From a virus (lineage: Duplodnaviria > Caudoviricetes), in IMG/VR virus record IMGVR_UViG_3300002220_000740, positions 1 to 64,000 of that record: a stretch of DNA of 64,000 bases. One strand, 5' to 3'. Below, piece by piece: positions 56,701 to 64,000 of this stretch; the stretch's first letter is position 1, and each line of letters starts with the position of its first letter. The position numbers and the translations under genes were made by a program. Below the pieces are notes generated by a model. The model was not told the DNA's origin. It did not search any database and saw only the letters and a list, made by a program, of their open reading frames with translations.

Positions 56701-56735
56701 AGTTTAAAATATACCTTATCAATGTTTTCATTCAT
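44772..56735 (-). CDS. Giant virion RNA polymerase polyprotein (crAss-like)
   Basis: NRIPSQGLNS and GSDFDVDKL (~47913-47939) catalytic motif, DGQ motif, AYVDVAK; zincin HEAYH (~52059-52073). Confidence 0.92.
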   Translation of the reverse strand: MNENIDKVYFKLPKNPEVATPSSTPAHTPVYFKQGEGPAVQSDEYNVDLDEFSKYLGKSGGTFINDPEVMNESRAQVQTKGAKLAMFVPRVLGKTLTEIAKMPGYVGGAANWIADGADSDNIGMMVDNGWTQAMESVDESIKSLLPVHTRRVVEEGNVWRQLISPEFWATDAADGLGFLAAYLMPGAALKSIGIGTKIARGLKATAKTAAKIDLGLATVTNTVLEAAAEAGGVVQDLKKFYSMAIAEGLTNPATGRVYTEKDATEAIGIAGQNAFLTNTVLLMGPNYLMNKNVIGAFGIGKKEAQNIIGQAAAKEAGVAVKGTRGIAMKRLMASIASEGFFEEGMQTATTNLFTNRAKGTKVATDDLIGELMDEYAEMMTTTDGQKSVLLGSILGGVGGVVGGIREQHAKTRNVSNLSDLLNQNFEGTLAAFMSSYETEEDGSLKLVEGMPVANYDKFVNNAKNNLGEEMTSYMLDYYAKEGRADEYYAMANDVLTRFALPYLHQEGGLEAMEAKLAELDPSIAAQVAQLEGGKEIEEFKREWKSRSAKLQKVYDKIATYDNDFYKIDAKTAEEKSMRNQFIHRLHNNAIIEASREFFFDTQIAKREMEILENKSINAENLERVNAKLEKQIEGMKKLRDIAIKNQKLIYNKKQQQATFEAEVDKKTKLQDDMANAPKPEDQSSEEIDALLKNHTRKSVTIVNNEEKIGTESDELEIDMLDEKGEVVTNEVLLDEDKPELGKKPLTNKYKIAGRSRGSLVFENVDSGHRVFLRPDGSISYQLDKSGEAPMITSKLKRIQQVLKEGPAPIVFDEKDPHTPFFDDTSFETTTGNLEAVVAVINDPTASAVKKGEAHDALRWFAFQDAYKVSEKPEQVLTTMSLRQVKALLVNDPIREQLRFWVPSLKLSLTVEELAYHTPEVQATAEEDIKLVVQTRVVSEGKESFVPYTMDSRLVWNSLPTASWATDRGVQRFSTKTIESILKEDVKAKLLSGREPVKGSEEELQVRKEVDRLLKEKKEQAIATHKQRREAYKTTSQTYYISVKHPGKRVALPTGQNTNDIVGSIITEEQIPTARLEYTSKGKGTYPINIEGRDFLLTSGKVHIWNATAGTLEELDYRNMNAQEIETYIGLLKALKEDVMITRDGQTRKINAMDRMQIVQFLNIMTPFNSKEGQYRYDVSTGFTTGEFRHVKFGAEELTYEDILENGPKMAAFREFLSDKRFGVKYAELKIDEDFKEFAFTENGVEVITWDRAQGGYKAFLFSTKGDRAAKLTCKVRSKLSQDPVENAKTPQYLSGKVGLKPYGKRVVAEPVMDKPAAKPVAKPVEAPAPQPIVKKFGIFEHGVPYVLSITREDGSKGNFDGVKLTWNNQTNKFTYEGAEDAVASAKSNLNRVFSVPEPSLAKAQAAFGEHNAKFDILRVEISKPQTATTLSKADIDAAVQEIQTETGKVISQQMMDGAMIALKQNPGATKDLFKIILRSILNPGVNVPSRRTSTKRMRTNLSSEPLVDMDLKYLEELFPEFDMAITPLEGNTGGMVIDSMQLLLAPRAAEGTQYHEAYHVVSLAFMTPRQRNKLYNELRMRTGKTTMTDVEAEEFLAEEFRLYKLSGGSYTFGTGQRQKQNWFEKLVSLLTRLMQKLRLFTSIEDTFSTLDAKPYLSKDRKSKVEGTFKKKLGGLSEAASNALLENLHFEFFDSVFGNEDVNYSDLVANPDQLKDTYTNIALSMLEYKNSTVRTAENANEYDLVEHTLNNWDTLQAQHIKFLHQNGIEVTPIKKIENTEKVDEVEETAETKIESKDSLGIADPHLTDVKLLMPTPVKLLLMSLPVSDRLVQGEDVDYVPRGSQVDGFTYYRMEQYTKMVNYLHSNLAGISSYPRMVQKLKSLENQNHPEIGVLISRLRSWFENYTPTPDQRALQTAFFVQFCKTKETPIITFLRSSGDIVFLDAVVGAISERISNEWRNNVRQEAGTPKSAFKRNSRDELIIDLEQLITLDKEKSYTLTQLKSNAKLKVGLTAGQNLSFLRSFGMNVTQKENPLVDNAKLSALVHKIINDVTAETSLDDLYSKDVMAINKEITDVLEIAVEQSTDVQDLQFLNADNKTQYSIALRSYVSQLVDLLNEDNIPSELIPADRGGKNISTVGNTIVNSAMDGRKTRVVLLSATKTETSDNESTAALNFTDLITTSFGAILNGYFPFMRAGDRTMEYALDMLLTKEERDAMYRLDRKGMYAILSQHLINEVATVFAHKYGLGKDLKNFSKNGGKLRIFDFGDFITDADLQEYYQKQTVTDNSEFGKDIAGSFLAMAKGFVVANRAKVAQLFDTMLKEETAASKQMLLDAGVIVETQSGKFQPVGINMESIAKILGNRITELDESQLSKVIEFGAFRYLQGAIEQTQVFVGDIAGYAKSSDVPKRAKAASSSKKGQRVDPDNLAALSESHPRWSGAYSENVRMHVVADSSIPLSMRSTKDYNDVLGEGNAYEVGFDIADGQSKSTLDFHRQILLQENSWSEAQEKTYQWEHQLLALRLRKLEAITENQLKGLFSTVFAQHTNGEVPSVPMYKGKPINYVELGIIPILKPQGYGPLANDEGSFITTKFNLKTSVAPIFPSMLKDNSPMLIYYLSMLNRNTDMVVFGSAAKMETLVLEDFYDGEGNMTRVTDESRITEVSYDYIGIQQDIEPEVHDNVTNSTQKRKLEATNLYSVGQAVKDENDKPYVGTLKDEQIALTTELSQRQWTRLVTELGLTKTEDGYILDTTNAESVAKFRKLLKAEFERRLMPDNAIDGIDVVTSSDQVLFDTLFIKGKIQQVLNSLVRNRVISLKTNGDMMIQESSIGYDEELAFYQYKKGMRRISKAEVMISLPKDWIPLVEQAGGLDAFNALIAARKYRQAGIDPRLLEFSANRIPSQGLNSLEVFRVKKFLPFYAGSRIVLPAAIVVKSGSDFDVDKLTCYLPNYEMKGATPRYIEMNSKVTTGEQSSKALENRLNEVSMELLLIPQNFRLLITPNTAATLEAYADKYGGADKQTAYTATELVLWSTNMKISRAFWAGREMISLAAIHNVSHAISQRAPVRIEDPAVQFWFEGQEIPEGESITMGHITDKSGRTISENFAEFLSAYVDVAKKPFVFFLNANKVGFPVFSFLNRFSVTAPVDMETISAFMTQPIITRFMTEYEKSRSMLMKTAKNREDMSVEMDESIEKIYNALSKEFGNGPKYENSLAKLYRDYYNAVKGSKKRETLLTEINELKAALDYPMLNVKQLKDTLGIGILDQFLVYREFGKQLDAFHQVTRPDGSYPKTMGGAVYHRHKLQQVRKVGFFATEDIDRFLNDTELKPFHDAWENNTNLYGSFFLTGNGAMSELVDHVIKVYDDQFGMDVEYVLDRFENDFVNYIIHTRTELSAEPFFPRPLNEEYERLVMGESSVASRMPGMRAQVGDNYLMKELYEIFNAKLGRRDERTETENIKLFMRKYTAQEVNQLVNGFNELFDSQDPAVKQFAVDLAELAIVQNGFTRTPLNFTDIIPNTLIQPIFRAIIAKYQSEVAGMSQAAWAAEKDHVFNSFLMVNYRDKRIVPRMNFYQMSDSVPEEIYRNKHYHYGKIATTSTLTAFDYLTYEVDAVDLTTKAALQKAGKPVPRKIVIYKKDPVPEKYGFNTYFIYRAVSDGKGEGIYLKEFYAEEHGSVLASNGGMPKIVKPAAKTDIEEEFKYAPQYALHRSDNRESDSELNTAVKTFLAGLGIPLEPVMQILDEKGMSTDYIAVADLATRTVKFVEGKIGIAELPEEAAHWYVELLGADNPVYQKMMRDITGYKEYRDVVESDYAKVYNADDMKLRKEAVGKLIAKYMVGEYTDAKIQSWWKAIWNKLVRLFRGFRNDPYAAAAHQILINKINELTVAPEAVESTDAFYSKATNQRRSDAYQASLEASIRERRLKEAEDRKNNKVTTVQEVNKHAEESKDSVDAAAMEILNNFEKYFPDYADFSNEERTAFVKMMSEGQIEIYC

Positions 56736-56752
56736 AACTCTGGTAGATTTAA

Positions 56753-58732
56753 CTATTCTGCAGAGTCCATCTGCATCTGCGACAATATACGTGCAAACCC
56801 TGCTGCACTGGAGAACTGGATCGGCTGACCTTCCTTACCCATCAATGGAGTATAGGTAGCATTGCCGCCTTCATTACCAAGCTTGAATAGCCCGTAGATC
56901 CCATCAGACAGTTTCTTATAGACAACAGCACTGTTGCTCGGATCTTCCGGGTTCGTAAAGAGACCAGGCACCTTGCCTTCGCTTCTCTCCCTGAATTTTG
57001 TTGCCTGTACAATTGGCATTGAGAAAGCAGCATCCAGGTACTTATAGCCCATCTCCATAATGGCAGGTCTGCCGGTGGATACCATTTCCATACCAGCGTC
57101 CACGAGTTGTTCGCGATATACATCTTGATTCTTGGGAGCCAGAGAAATCTGTTTAACGGGTTTACCATTTTCGTCAAACGTGTGAAGAATAACTGTATAC
57201 TTGCCGTCAGACATCTTATCTGATAATGTAACCGTATCATGTTCCGGATCACGAGCTTTCATTGCCTTTGAATTAAGCTCTACATCCAACTGCACTCCAT
57301 CATCCACTGCCTCATAATTGGAGATTGTGGTCTGAAAGTCTGTAGTAAGATGCTTATTCAAAAGTCCGACCCTTGTATCTTCCTTCTCAGTACCCTCTGA
57401 TCCGGTAACAAAAGAGCTTTCAGCTGCCATTTCAACATCACCAGATTTAATTGCTTTTACAACAGCTTGTACACCATCCATAATATATTGATTTTCACTC
57501 CTGAATGTGGCAATTTCTCCTCGTCTTATCTGATCAAACGCTTGTCCAAACCTTGTTTTACCGGTAGGATCTTCCATAAATGAAGCCTGTACCATTCGAT
57601 CAAAGTCATCCATGCTTATAGGATCTTTCTTTCCTACAGGAGACTCCAGGTACTTCTGATAGATATTGCCAAGCTTAGCCTTCAGCTCAGGCGATTTAGC
57701 CATCTCGTAAAGATCCCTTATATTGTTTTCCTCAGCCTGGCGCTCATACTGAGCATCAGCATCGTCGGGATTTTGTTTAGCCTTAATACGTGCAGCCTCC
57801 AGCCTCTCTTGTGACTCTTTAAGTTTAACTGTAGGAACCACGGTGCCTGTAGTAGTACCCACGTTCCATGTTCTTCCAGCATCTCCTCCTTTTCTGCTAC
57901 CACTATCCGTGTCTTTATCCGGCTTAATGTAATTGGTGAACGCAGTCTCCTGAACAGCCAGTTCGATGGCAGGATTAATAACATCCCTTTCGAAATTCTG
58001 TTCTTCTTCCTTCATTCTGAAGTCCATCTCATCCTGGGTCAGTTCTCCCTTACGGACCATAGCTGCATAGCGGTTACGGGCAATGTTCATCTTGCTATCG
58101 CGGTATGCTATCAGCTGAGGACTGTTCTTCAAAGCTTCAGGCAATGCATCTCTGACCTCTTTTTCGGTGATACCCAGGTTGGATGCTTTCCATGGCTTGA
58201 CATAGTCCAGGGCAAGCGCAGCAACGTCAACGGTGCTGGCATAACTGCCCGGTTTATAGCTGGTCTTTATAGGAACAAGATCCTTATCGTATTTCACACC
58301 GGTATACCTGCGATCAATATCTTCCATTGCAGCTACCTTATCCTGCTCGGTCATATCATTGCGTCGGCGTATCTGCTCCTTTTCGGCTTCAAGCTTTGCC
58401 TTCTCCTCGACAGCAGGTCTTACACGCATGGCATACTCAGAAGCATACTTGTTGATTTTTTTTGTCATGTTATGATAGTCCCCGGACTTAGCCATCGCTT
58501 CCAGTTCTCCACGCATGGTTTCGTTGAATGAATCAATGGCTTCCCTGTCCTGATCTGCAACACTCAGTGCTATCGTTGACATAGAGCTCTGAAGATCATC
58601 AGCAGCTGCCTTATTGACGTCCCACCGATCCTGAAAAGTATCTCCGGTCTTTTTCATCTCATCCAACGGCAATGCCGTCCGAAGAGAGACATACGGTGAG
58701 TCTTGTATATTAGCAAATGGATTTACAGCCAT
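56753..58732 (-). CDS. Probable ejected/internal virion protein
   Basis: 659 aa helical; PYVS..LPLD N-terminus; upstream of the RNAP gene. Confidence 0.6.
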   Translation of the reverse strand: MAVNPFANIQDSPYVSLRTALPLDEMKKTGDTFQDRWDVNKAAADDLQSSMSTIALSVADQDREAIDSFNETMRGELEAMAKSGDYHNMTKKINKYASEYAMRVRPAVEEKAKLEAEKEQIRRRNDMTEQDKVAAMEDIDRRYTGVKYDKDLVPIKTSYKPGSYASTVDVAALALDYVKPWKASNLGITEKEVRDALPEALKNSPQLIAYRDSKMNIARNRYAAMVRKGELTQDEMDFRMKEEEQNFERDVINPAIELAVQETAFTNYIKPDKDTDSGSRKGGDAGRTWNVGTTTGTVVPTVKLKESQERLEAARIKAKQNPDDADAQYERQAEENNIRDLYEMAKSPELKAKLGNIYQKYLESPVGKKDPISMDDFDRMVQASFMEDPTGKTRFGQAFDQIRRGEIATFRSENQYIMDGVQAVVKAIKSGDVEMAAESSFVTGSEGTEKEDTRVGLLNKHLTTDFQTTISNYEAVDDGVQLDVELNSKAMKARDPEHDTVTLSDKMSDGKYTVILHTFDENGKPVKQISLAPKNQDVYREQLVDAGMEMVSTGRPAIMEMGYKYLDAAFSMPIVQATKFRERSEGKVPGLFTNPEDPSNSAVVYKKLSDGIYGLFKLGNEGGNATYTPLMGKEGQPIQFSSAAGFARILSQMQMDSAE

Positions 58733-58735
58733 GAT

Positions 58736-59731
58736 TTATCTTTTTATAGAAAGCAGTTTCTCAATATCTTTTAATACTGTAGGATCATACTTGGCAGCTT
58801 CCAAAGCCCACTTCATCATATCCTCACGGGAATCAACCTGATCCCGCATTACCATCGAGGTGTCGCCCAGCAGATCACTCATTGCATTTTGCCTGGCACC
58901 GATCCTGTTATTATTAAACCCGGTAAGTTCGTCGGCATACTGGTTGAACTGCATGATGTTACGCGCACGAGTGCTGTGATTCATATAGTTCTCCTGGTTG
59001 CCCATCTGGGTAGCATAATTCTGCTCCTTGCTATGAACACGACTCATATTATTGAGATAGTCCACACCAGCCTTCTGCTTGAGTGCAGTACTGGTCTGCA
59101 TACCCGGGATCCTGTCTGCAATTCTTTCGTTGCTGATTCGATTGCGAGAAATGTCGTTGCGCTCTGCGCCGGTATCAAGTGTTTTGTTAAGAGCTATCTG
59201 GGGAGCGTCAATTGGTTTGGGGGGTGCCTGCATCTTGCGGATAGCACTCATCTTGGAAAAATAATCAATGCCGTTAAGCACGGTATTGCCAGCAGCTGCC
59301 ATCTTGTTACCCTTTGCCCAATCGGCAAATCCTGCAACGCCCGGAGATTCCGTAGAGCTTGGTGTGAACCCGCTCAGATCTGTCGGACCCAGGCTGAGAG
59401 GAGTATTGTGCTGACTATCCTTGAGCAGATTACCGCTAAACCCTATCTCATTGGCATTGTTCATATTAGAATCCTTCAGAAGATCTCCTGAAAATCCATT
59501 GACCCCATACTTCTTAAAGTCAATACCCCCACCATGCTGGGGCAGTCCTTCAGCCCCGGGTTCGGGTGTCTTCTGTCCTTCCTGAGCATCGAATAGCAGA
59601 TTCTCTGCATTGACCGCACGGGCGTGCATCATCATAGCCGCAGTACGATCCGCCATATTGGAGGAGTTCATCAGTTTTTCGTACTTGGCTTTGCGCCTGG
59701 CTATCTTAAGCTGAGTTTCAGCGAATGTCAT
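58736..59731 (-). CDS. Probable ejected/internal virion protein
   Basis: 331 aa Ala/Asn/Gln-rich; internal duplication GFSG(D/N)LLKDS. Confidence 0.6.
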   Translation of the reverse strand: MTFAETQLKIARRKAKYEKLMNSSNMADRTAAMMMHARAVNAENLLFDAQEGQKTPEPGAEGLPQHGGGIDFKKYGVNGFSGDLLKDSNMNNANEIGFSGNLLKDSQHNTPLSLGPTDLSGFTPSSTESPGVAGFADWAKGNKMAAAGNTVLNGIDYFSKMSAIRKMQAPPKPIDAPQIALNKTLDTGAERNDISRNRISNERIADRIPGMQTSTALKQKAGVDYLNNMSRVHSKEQNYATQMGNQENYMNHSTRARNIMQFNQYADELTGFNNNRIGARQNAMSDLLGDTSMVMRDQVDSREDMMKWALEAAKYDPTVLKDIEKLLSIKR

Positions 59732-59733
59732 GA

Positions 59734-61023
59734 TTACAATTTTTTAAGCATTTTTGAGAAATCCTTCGGAACCTTCAGACGGGGATCGTCAGAGAATATC
59801 CTGCCGCCACCTGTCATACCGACTCCCTGTGAGGCATCGCTGTGCTTGGCACCTTTGATCAGGCTGGTAGAGGCGTTAATGCGATTGAGCTTGCCTGAGC
59901 TATCGGTAGCGGGTTCTTCACCTGGATTGAACTGGATGGTTTCTCCGCCCTCTGCAAGGTACTCTGCTGCCTGCCCTGGTATCTTCTTACCGGTAGGAGG
60001 GAGGTTGCCTCCAAGCGCCTTTACGGTGTAGTCCTTGGTAAGCTTGTCCGTGAACCTGAATGCGTTCTCCTTGTCTTCGGGGTTATACTCGGCAGAGATC
60101 TCCCCTTCGGAATATCTTGAACCCTGCTTATTGTCATATACATAGGAGCGGGCAGCTGCGGGCACATTCCATGAGTTGCGAAGACCCCAGGCAGTATCCT
60201 CTGCTGAAACATCCCCTTCTCTTGCACCGGCAACATCACCGACCCCGGCGACCTTGTCCTCATTGGCAAAGTACTTACGTAGCTCATTGGTACGCTTGTA
60301 ATATTCCGGCTGCATCTTCTCCATCTCCTCAAGGGTCAGCTTCTCAGCGTATTCACCCTTGTTGTAAATAGAATCCGCAGCAGCGGTCAGATGATCAATG
60401 CGCTTAGATGCCGGCTTAGCGGCAATAGCTTTCTTATAGGCTTCAGGGTTTTTGCTTTCGAGAGCTTTATCCCAGTAGTTCTTATAGTAGTTGAGTTCGG
60501 CAAGGTTGCGCAAGCGCTCGTTCTTCTGGCTTTCCTTTGTCCAGACGCTGTGGTAGCCCTTGGTGTCTATTTCACCACCACCTTCAAGCATTTTCACCAC
60601 TCCACCTTTACCAGCCCGGGGACGGTCAATGCCTGCGGTATTGAAGTTGCGCATGATCTGCCATGAAGCATCATTGTTGGCAGCAGTCACACCCTCAATG
60701 CGCTTGGCTTCCGCCTCGGCGGCTGCCTTCTCGGCTGCACGCTCCTGGGCTTTCTGGGTGAACAGGCTGGTCACACCGCCTATGACCGCACCTGCGGCAG
60801 CACCCCATGGTCCGAATGCCATACCGGAGCCGGCTCCCTTGAGAGCTCCACTGAGTGCACCTAACCCCGCATTATCATTTACATTGAGTGCATCAACAGC
60901 TCCACCGGCGATACCGGCACCCATTCCTACACCACCCTGGTTCTTATCGAGCCACTCTCCAAACCCCTTCTTAGGCAGGTTCAAAGGATGATTTGCGTTG
61001 TTGAATTTGCGTTTAGGAGTCAT
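59734..61023 (-). CDS. Gly/Ala-rich ejection (pilot-like) protein
   Basis: GAGSGMAFGPWGAAAGAVIGG hydrophobic glycine segment; AEGGETI and GAKH motifs. Confidence 0.65.
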   Translation of the reverse strand: MTPKRKFNNANHPLNLPKKGFGEWLDKNQGGVGMGAGIAGGAVDALNVNDNAGLGALSGALKGAGSGMAFGPWGAAAGAVIGGVTSLFTQKAQERAAEKAAAEAEAKRIEGVTAANNDASWQIMRNFNTAGIDRPRAGKGGVVKMLEGGGEIDTKGYHSVWTKESQKNERLRNLAELNYYKNYWDKALESKNPEAYKKAIAAKPASKRIDHLTAAADSIYNKGEYAEKLTLEEMEKMQPEYYKRTNELRKYFANEDKVAGVGDVAGAREGDVSAEDTAWGLRNSWNVPAAARSYVYDNKQGSRYSEGEISAEYNPEDKENAFRFTDKLTKDYTVKALGGNLPPTGKKIPGQAAEYLAEGGETIQFNPGEEPATDSSGKLNRINASTSLIKGAKHSDASQGVGMTGGGRIFSDDPRLKVPKDFSKMLKKL

Positions 61024-61076
61024 AGTATATAAGAATTTGATATGAGGACTGTGCAGTGCTATATAAACTCTTTATA

Positions 61077-64000
61077 CTATCTAACTACTGGACGTCCTGA
61101 TGTTTCCAGATCATATAAATATACTATCCCGGGGTTGGTATTTGTGTGTTCGAGACGAATGATGCAGTAGGTGTCTATAAACCTTTTGCGCAGGTTCCAG
61201 GACTTGCCGGTGTCAATGTTTACCGGGTTACCGCTGATATCAACCAGAAGTTCATGATCTCTCTGGACAGGATTGTTGACCGGAGGAGCAGACCCCACGG
61301 TAGATGTCATGTCACGAAAGTCGTTAAAATGCCAGCGACCGCCGGTAAAGCGAGAATTCCTCCCAGTACCGGCAGAGTCAATTGATCTCCATCCGCTGCA
61401 CTGGTGGGTGTTATAGATCAGCATGCGATCCCATGTGCGGTAGAAATCAGGACTGCCATTGGCATCAAGCACCGCACTTGTCCAGCTGATAGAGGATGTG
61501 ATGGAATGCTGTCCAGCCTTATCGGGGAACGTTGCATCAATCCATGAGGGTTTGACTGCAATGCCCATGTAATTACCGTTCTGGTAATCCTCGTTGAACC
61601 GGTAGAAGTTTGCAGCCACCGAGTTGATAGGAGTTATTGCTCCGTAGAAATGGCGCTTGCTTGAGCACATGAACGTCGGCAGGTAGCTATGGAAGCTTGC
61701 CCACTTCTGGGTGACCATGTCGTAGCTCAGTGTAAAAGAGTTGTCCTCAAGGTAACCGGCAGTAACCAGTGACGCCAGGGTTACTCTTGAAGATCCACTC
61801 TTTGTACATATTGCTCCGCCGCGCATCTTATAGCTTATGTCCAGCAGAGAGCCGGTACCCGGACTTACCACACGGAAGTCACGCTTGGTCACTATCAGCC
61901 GGAGATAACGGTCGTCAAAGGTGACGATGTAGCCCACTCCAAACGGAGAGAATGCATTATCGTTATAGAGTTCCCCCTGGTCGTCCCATGTATTGAGGTA
62001 CGTACGCAGGTCCTTCAAAAGCTGGAACTGCAGGTTCTCCTCGAAGAAGTTTCTCAGTCCCACGTTGGAGACTTCGTCCATACTCTCGCGCAGGATGAAC
62101 ATCTTGGCTGCCCGCTCGTCGATGAAAAAGTATCCTGCCTTGGAAACATTTGCTGCAAAGGGATGACGGCAGCCGGCGTATCCGCCCGGGATCGTTATGA
62201 TCTCCGTGGGTTCTATGCCAAAAATGTTGCCTGATCCGATAACAACGGCTTCCTGGTCGGACTGCAGCTGCACCTTTCCGGTGGTCTTGTACAGTGAGTC
62301 CTCCATGTGAATAAGCAGCATACCGTTGTAACCTTCCAGGTTCGTAATGGGACCCCGGTTCTTGGGCATCTCGTAATAATCCAGTGGCAGGAACTTGCGC
62401 AGTGACCCACCGGTGTCCTCTGCCTGTATGGGCTGTGAAGAGATTATCCGATTAGGGAAGCTGCTGATGTTGTTATCCCCATAGACGTAAGGATACACCA
62501 TGTTTAGCTCATTGGACTTGGAGTAATCGTCATAAACTTTAATATAATTGTCCACCTTAAATTCAGCATCAGGCAGCAGATCCGAAGGAGCAGTACCATA
62601 ATCAATACCGGTCAGACTCGGATATGTTCCCAGCGCATCCATGGAAAGAAACTTCTCTCCGTACTCAGTTCCTTCGACTCTCAGTCCAAGATTAGAATGA
62701 CTCCAGTATGGCATCACATAATGCTTACGCTGTTTGGAAGTACCACCGGATGCGTAAATATTGGTGTAATGCGAGAACCTGCTGGTGTAAATATCCCCGC
62801 CGTAAATGCCATCGGAGTACCCCACGGTTGCCCACAGGCAGTTCACACCGTTTACCAGAGCGGGATCCATAGACGCCGAGTCGCGGGTAAAGAACTGCTT
62901 GCCTGTATTTATCAGCTGCTGGTAGAAAAGTCCCGTGTAAACGTTTGTCCTGAATGCATTAATGGTGATTGGAACCATCATGTACTCACTGGGGTTGACC
63001 CCCTGGAAATTATATATCCATGAATTAGCCTGATCACAAGTAACCTTCAGACCGGATTCCTGATATTTATCGGGTGTAAACGGAACATACTCATGTTGGT
63101 TTACTGACATAATATTTTTCTGCAAGTCAGCTCCTCTTAAGAAGTTCAGAGAGGCATCAGGAAGACCAATGGGGTATGAATAATAGGGGCTCTGTATGGT
63201 AATCTCTTCTTCAAGCCGGATATAATCAGCGGCTATAGCCGGGTACTCTTCATTCTTTTGCAGATCCGGGCAGAAAAGTCTGGCTACTATAGAATACCCA
63301 TATGGGTCTAATGGAAATGTGGTAGAAGGCGGAGAAGTTAAATATGCGCCCTCCAGCATCAGATAAGTCATTGCGCTAACAAGGGAGTTGTTATAGGTAC
63401 GCTTGACGTAGAATATCTCAAACCCCTGGACAAGACCTGCAATGCTTGCAGGGACAGGAACGTTATGAAGCTTCAGACCAAGCGTAAGAGCCGTAGATCC
63501 ACCCCCGGCAAGCATAGGTATTGAGTGTCCCCCACCGTACGAAGTTGAGATCTTTGCAAAAGTGGGAAACCGGTGATGTCTGATATTGGCATTAGCAAGA
63601 ACAGCGCCTGTATAACTGTTCGGGAAGTTCGCCGGGTACTTTTCTTCATTCTCCCAGTAACTCATCTCACCTGAGACAGTAGAGCCATCACGGGTGTGAA
63701 AATATTTGGCATTCGGATTAACAATCAAATCCATTTCAAGATCAGCGACCGAATATCCGTAAGTACCATTATCCAGAACATCTATGCGAATGTCCTCTGA
63801 GAAAGCGGATCCACCATTGGTCAGATTGGTCTTCAACCTTCCGGGTATATGAAATGCCTGGGAGTAAGACCCGTCGTTAAGCAGCCACGCGATGTACAGA
63901 GAGTAAACCTCGCCCGGCATGAATCCCTTGTCGTAAACACACACGCTTCCATCCTTGAAGGACTCAGTTACAGGAGTGTCGATTGGGGTATACTTTGAGG
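61077..64000 (-). CDS. Tail stabilization/muzzle-type structural protein (5' end outside the window)
   Basis: GFMPGEVYS, IRHHRFP, GGDIY, GPITNL, TLSY...WASFHSY motifs; the frame stays open from 63944 to the window edge. Confidence 0.75.
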   Translation of the reverse strand, partial: SKYTPIDTPVTESFKDGSVCVYDKGFMPGEVYSLYIAWLLNDGSYSQAFHIPGRLKTNLTNGGSAFSEDIRIDVLDNGTYGYSVADLEMDLIVNPNAKYFHTRDGSTVSGEMSYWENEEKYPANFPNSYTGAVLANANIRHHRFPTFAKISTSYGGGHSIPMLAGGGSTALTLGLKLHNVPVPASIAGLVQGFEIFYVKRTYNNSLVSAMTYLMLEGAYLTSPPSTTFPLDPYGYSIVARLFCPDLQKNEEYPAIAADYIRLEEEITIQSPYYSYPIGLPDASLNFLRGADLQKNIMSVNQHEYVPFTPDKYQESGLKVTCDQANSWIYNFQGVNPSEYMMVPITINAFRTNVYTGLFYQQLINTGKQFFTRDSASMDPALVNGVNCLWATVGYSDGIYGGDIYTSRFSHYTNIYASGGTSKQRKHYVMPYWSHSNLGLRVEGTEYGEKFLSMDALGTYPSLTGIDYGTAPSDLLPDAEFKVDNYIKVYDDYSKSNELNMVYPYVYGDNNISSFPNRIISSQPIQAEDTGGSLRKFLPLDYYEMPKNRGPITNLEGYNGMLLIHMEDSLYKTTGKVQLQSDQEAVVIGSGNIFGIEPTEIITIPGGYAGCRHPFAANVSKAGYFFIDERAAKMFILRESMDEVSNVGLRNFFEENLQFQLLKDLRTYLNTWDDQGELYNDNAFSPFGVGYIVTFDDRYLRLIVTKRDFRVVSPGTGSLLDISYKMRGGAICTKSGSSRVTLASLVTAGYLEDNSFTLSYDMVTQKWASFHSYLPTFMCSSKRHFYGAITPINSVAANFYRFNEDYQNGNYMGIAVKPSWIDATFPDKAGQHSITSSISWTSAVLDANGSPDFYRTWDRMLIYNTHQCSGWRSIDSAGTGRNSRFTGGRWHFNDFRDMTSTVGSAPPVNNPVQRDHELLVDISGNPVNIDTGKSWNLRKRFIDTYCIIRLEHTNTNPGIVYLYDLETSGRPVVR

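Larger units (their letters stand above)
124..64000. mobile_element. crAss-like (Crassvirales-type) prophage, continuing beyond the right edge
   Basis: att + integrase at left. Replication block on +, converging virion block on - with giant DFDxD RNA polymerase and tail stabilization protein, i.e. crAss-like gene content and layout. Confidence 0.85.

Noticed and set aside
59410-59500. Short duplication GFSG(D/N)LLKDS in the 331-aa virion protein as a repeat system
   Set aside because: Only two copies, in frame within a low-complexity linker; an ordinary intragenic duplication.
40559-63944. Numerous 60-200 aa + strand ORFs within the virion module (and - strand ORFs within the replication module)
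   Set aside because: They are antisense shadows of long motif-bearing genes and have no recognisable motifs.
19984-64000. Stop-codon reassignment as in some crAss-like phages
   Set aside because: The standard code gives long, tightly packed ORFs (up to 3987 aa) with TAA, TAG and TGA all used as stops.
1-64000. Diversity-generating retroelement, retron, group I/II intron or intein
   Set aside because: No reverse transcriptase motif, TR/VR pair, homing endonuclease or split/enlarged core gene was seen.

Overview
The window looks like the left ~64 kb of an integrated, temperate crAss-like (Crassvirales-type) phage in a Bacteroidota host. It opens with the 3' half of a tRNA-Asp (att core), a tyrosine integrase and a candidate lysogeny switch. 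An AT-rich defence island follows (HEPN/ApeA-like protein, XRE regulator, type III restriction-modification, attC-like sites). A + strand replication/nucleotide module (ligase, PolA, SF2 and DnaB helicases, primase, Sak4-like ATPase, RusA-like, rIIA/rIIB, dNMP kinase, RecE-like nuclease, degenerate UDG, Lrp) then converges on a - strand virion module containing a 3987-aa virion RNA polymerase. The standout locus is 18432-19963: a stand-alone RAMP/Cas7-like gene and an accessory gene, followed by four mostly non-coding tracts with strict 5-nt periodicity. The tracts hold 58 pentamers of form R-D-Y-N-N, with a pyrimidine at position 3 in all 58, and are separated by three miniature tRNA-like elements (acceptor stem + T arm, no anticodon arm). 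This is best read as an RNA-guided system with gapped dinucleotide guides cut out at tRNA mimics. It resembles, but deviates from, the GGY/NN 'VIPR' systems as I recall them. The phage also carries a circularly permuted two-piece tmRNA with an unusual 23-aa tag and several tRNAs with abnormal anticodon arms. All calls are by eye from motifs; no database searches were run.
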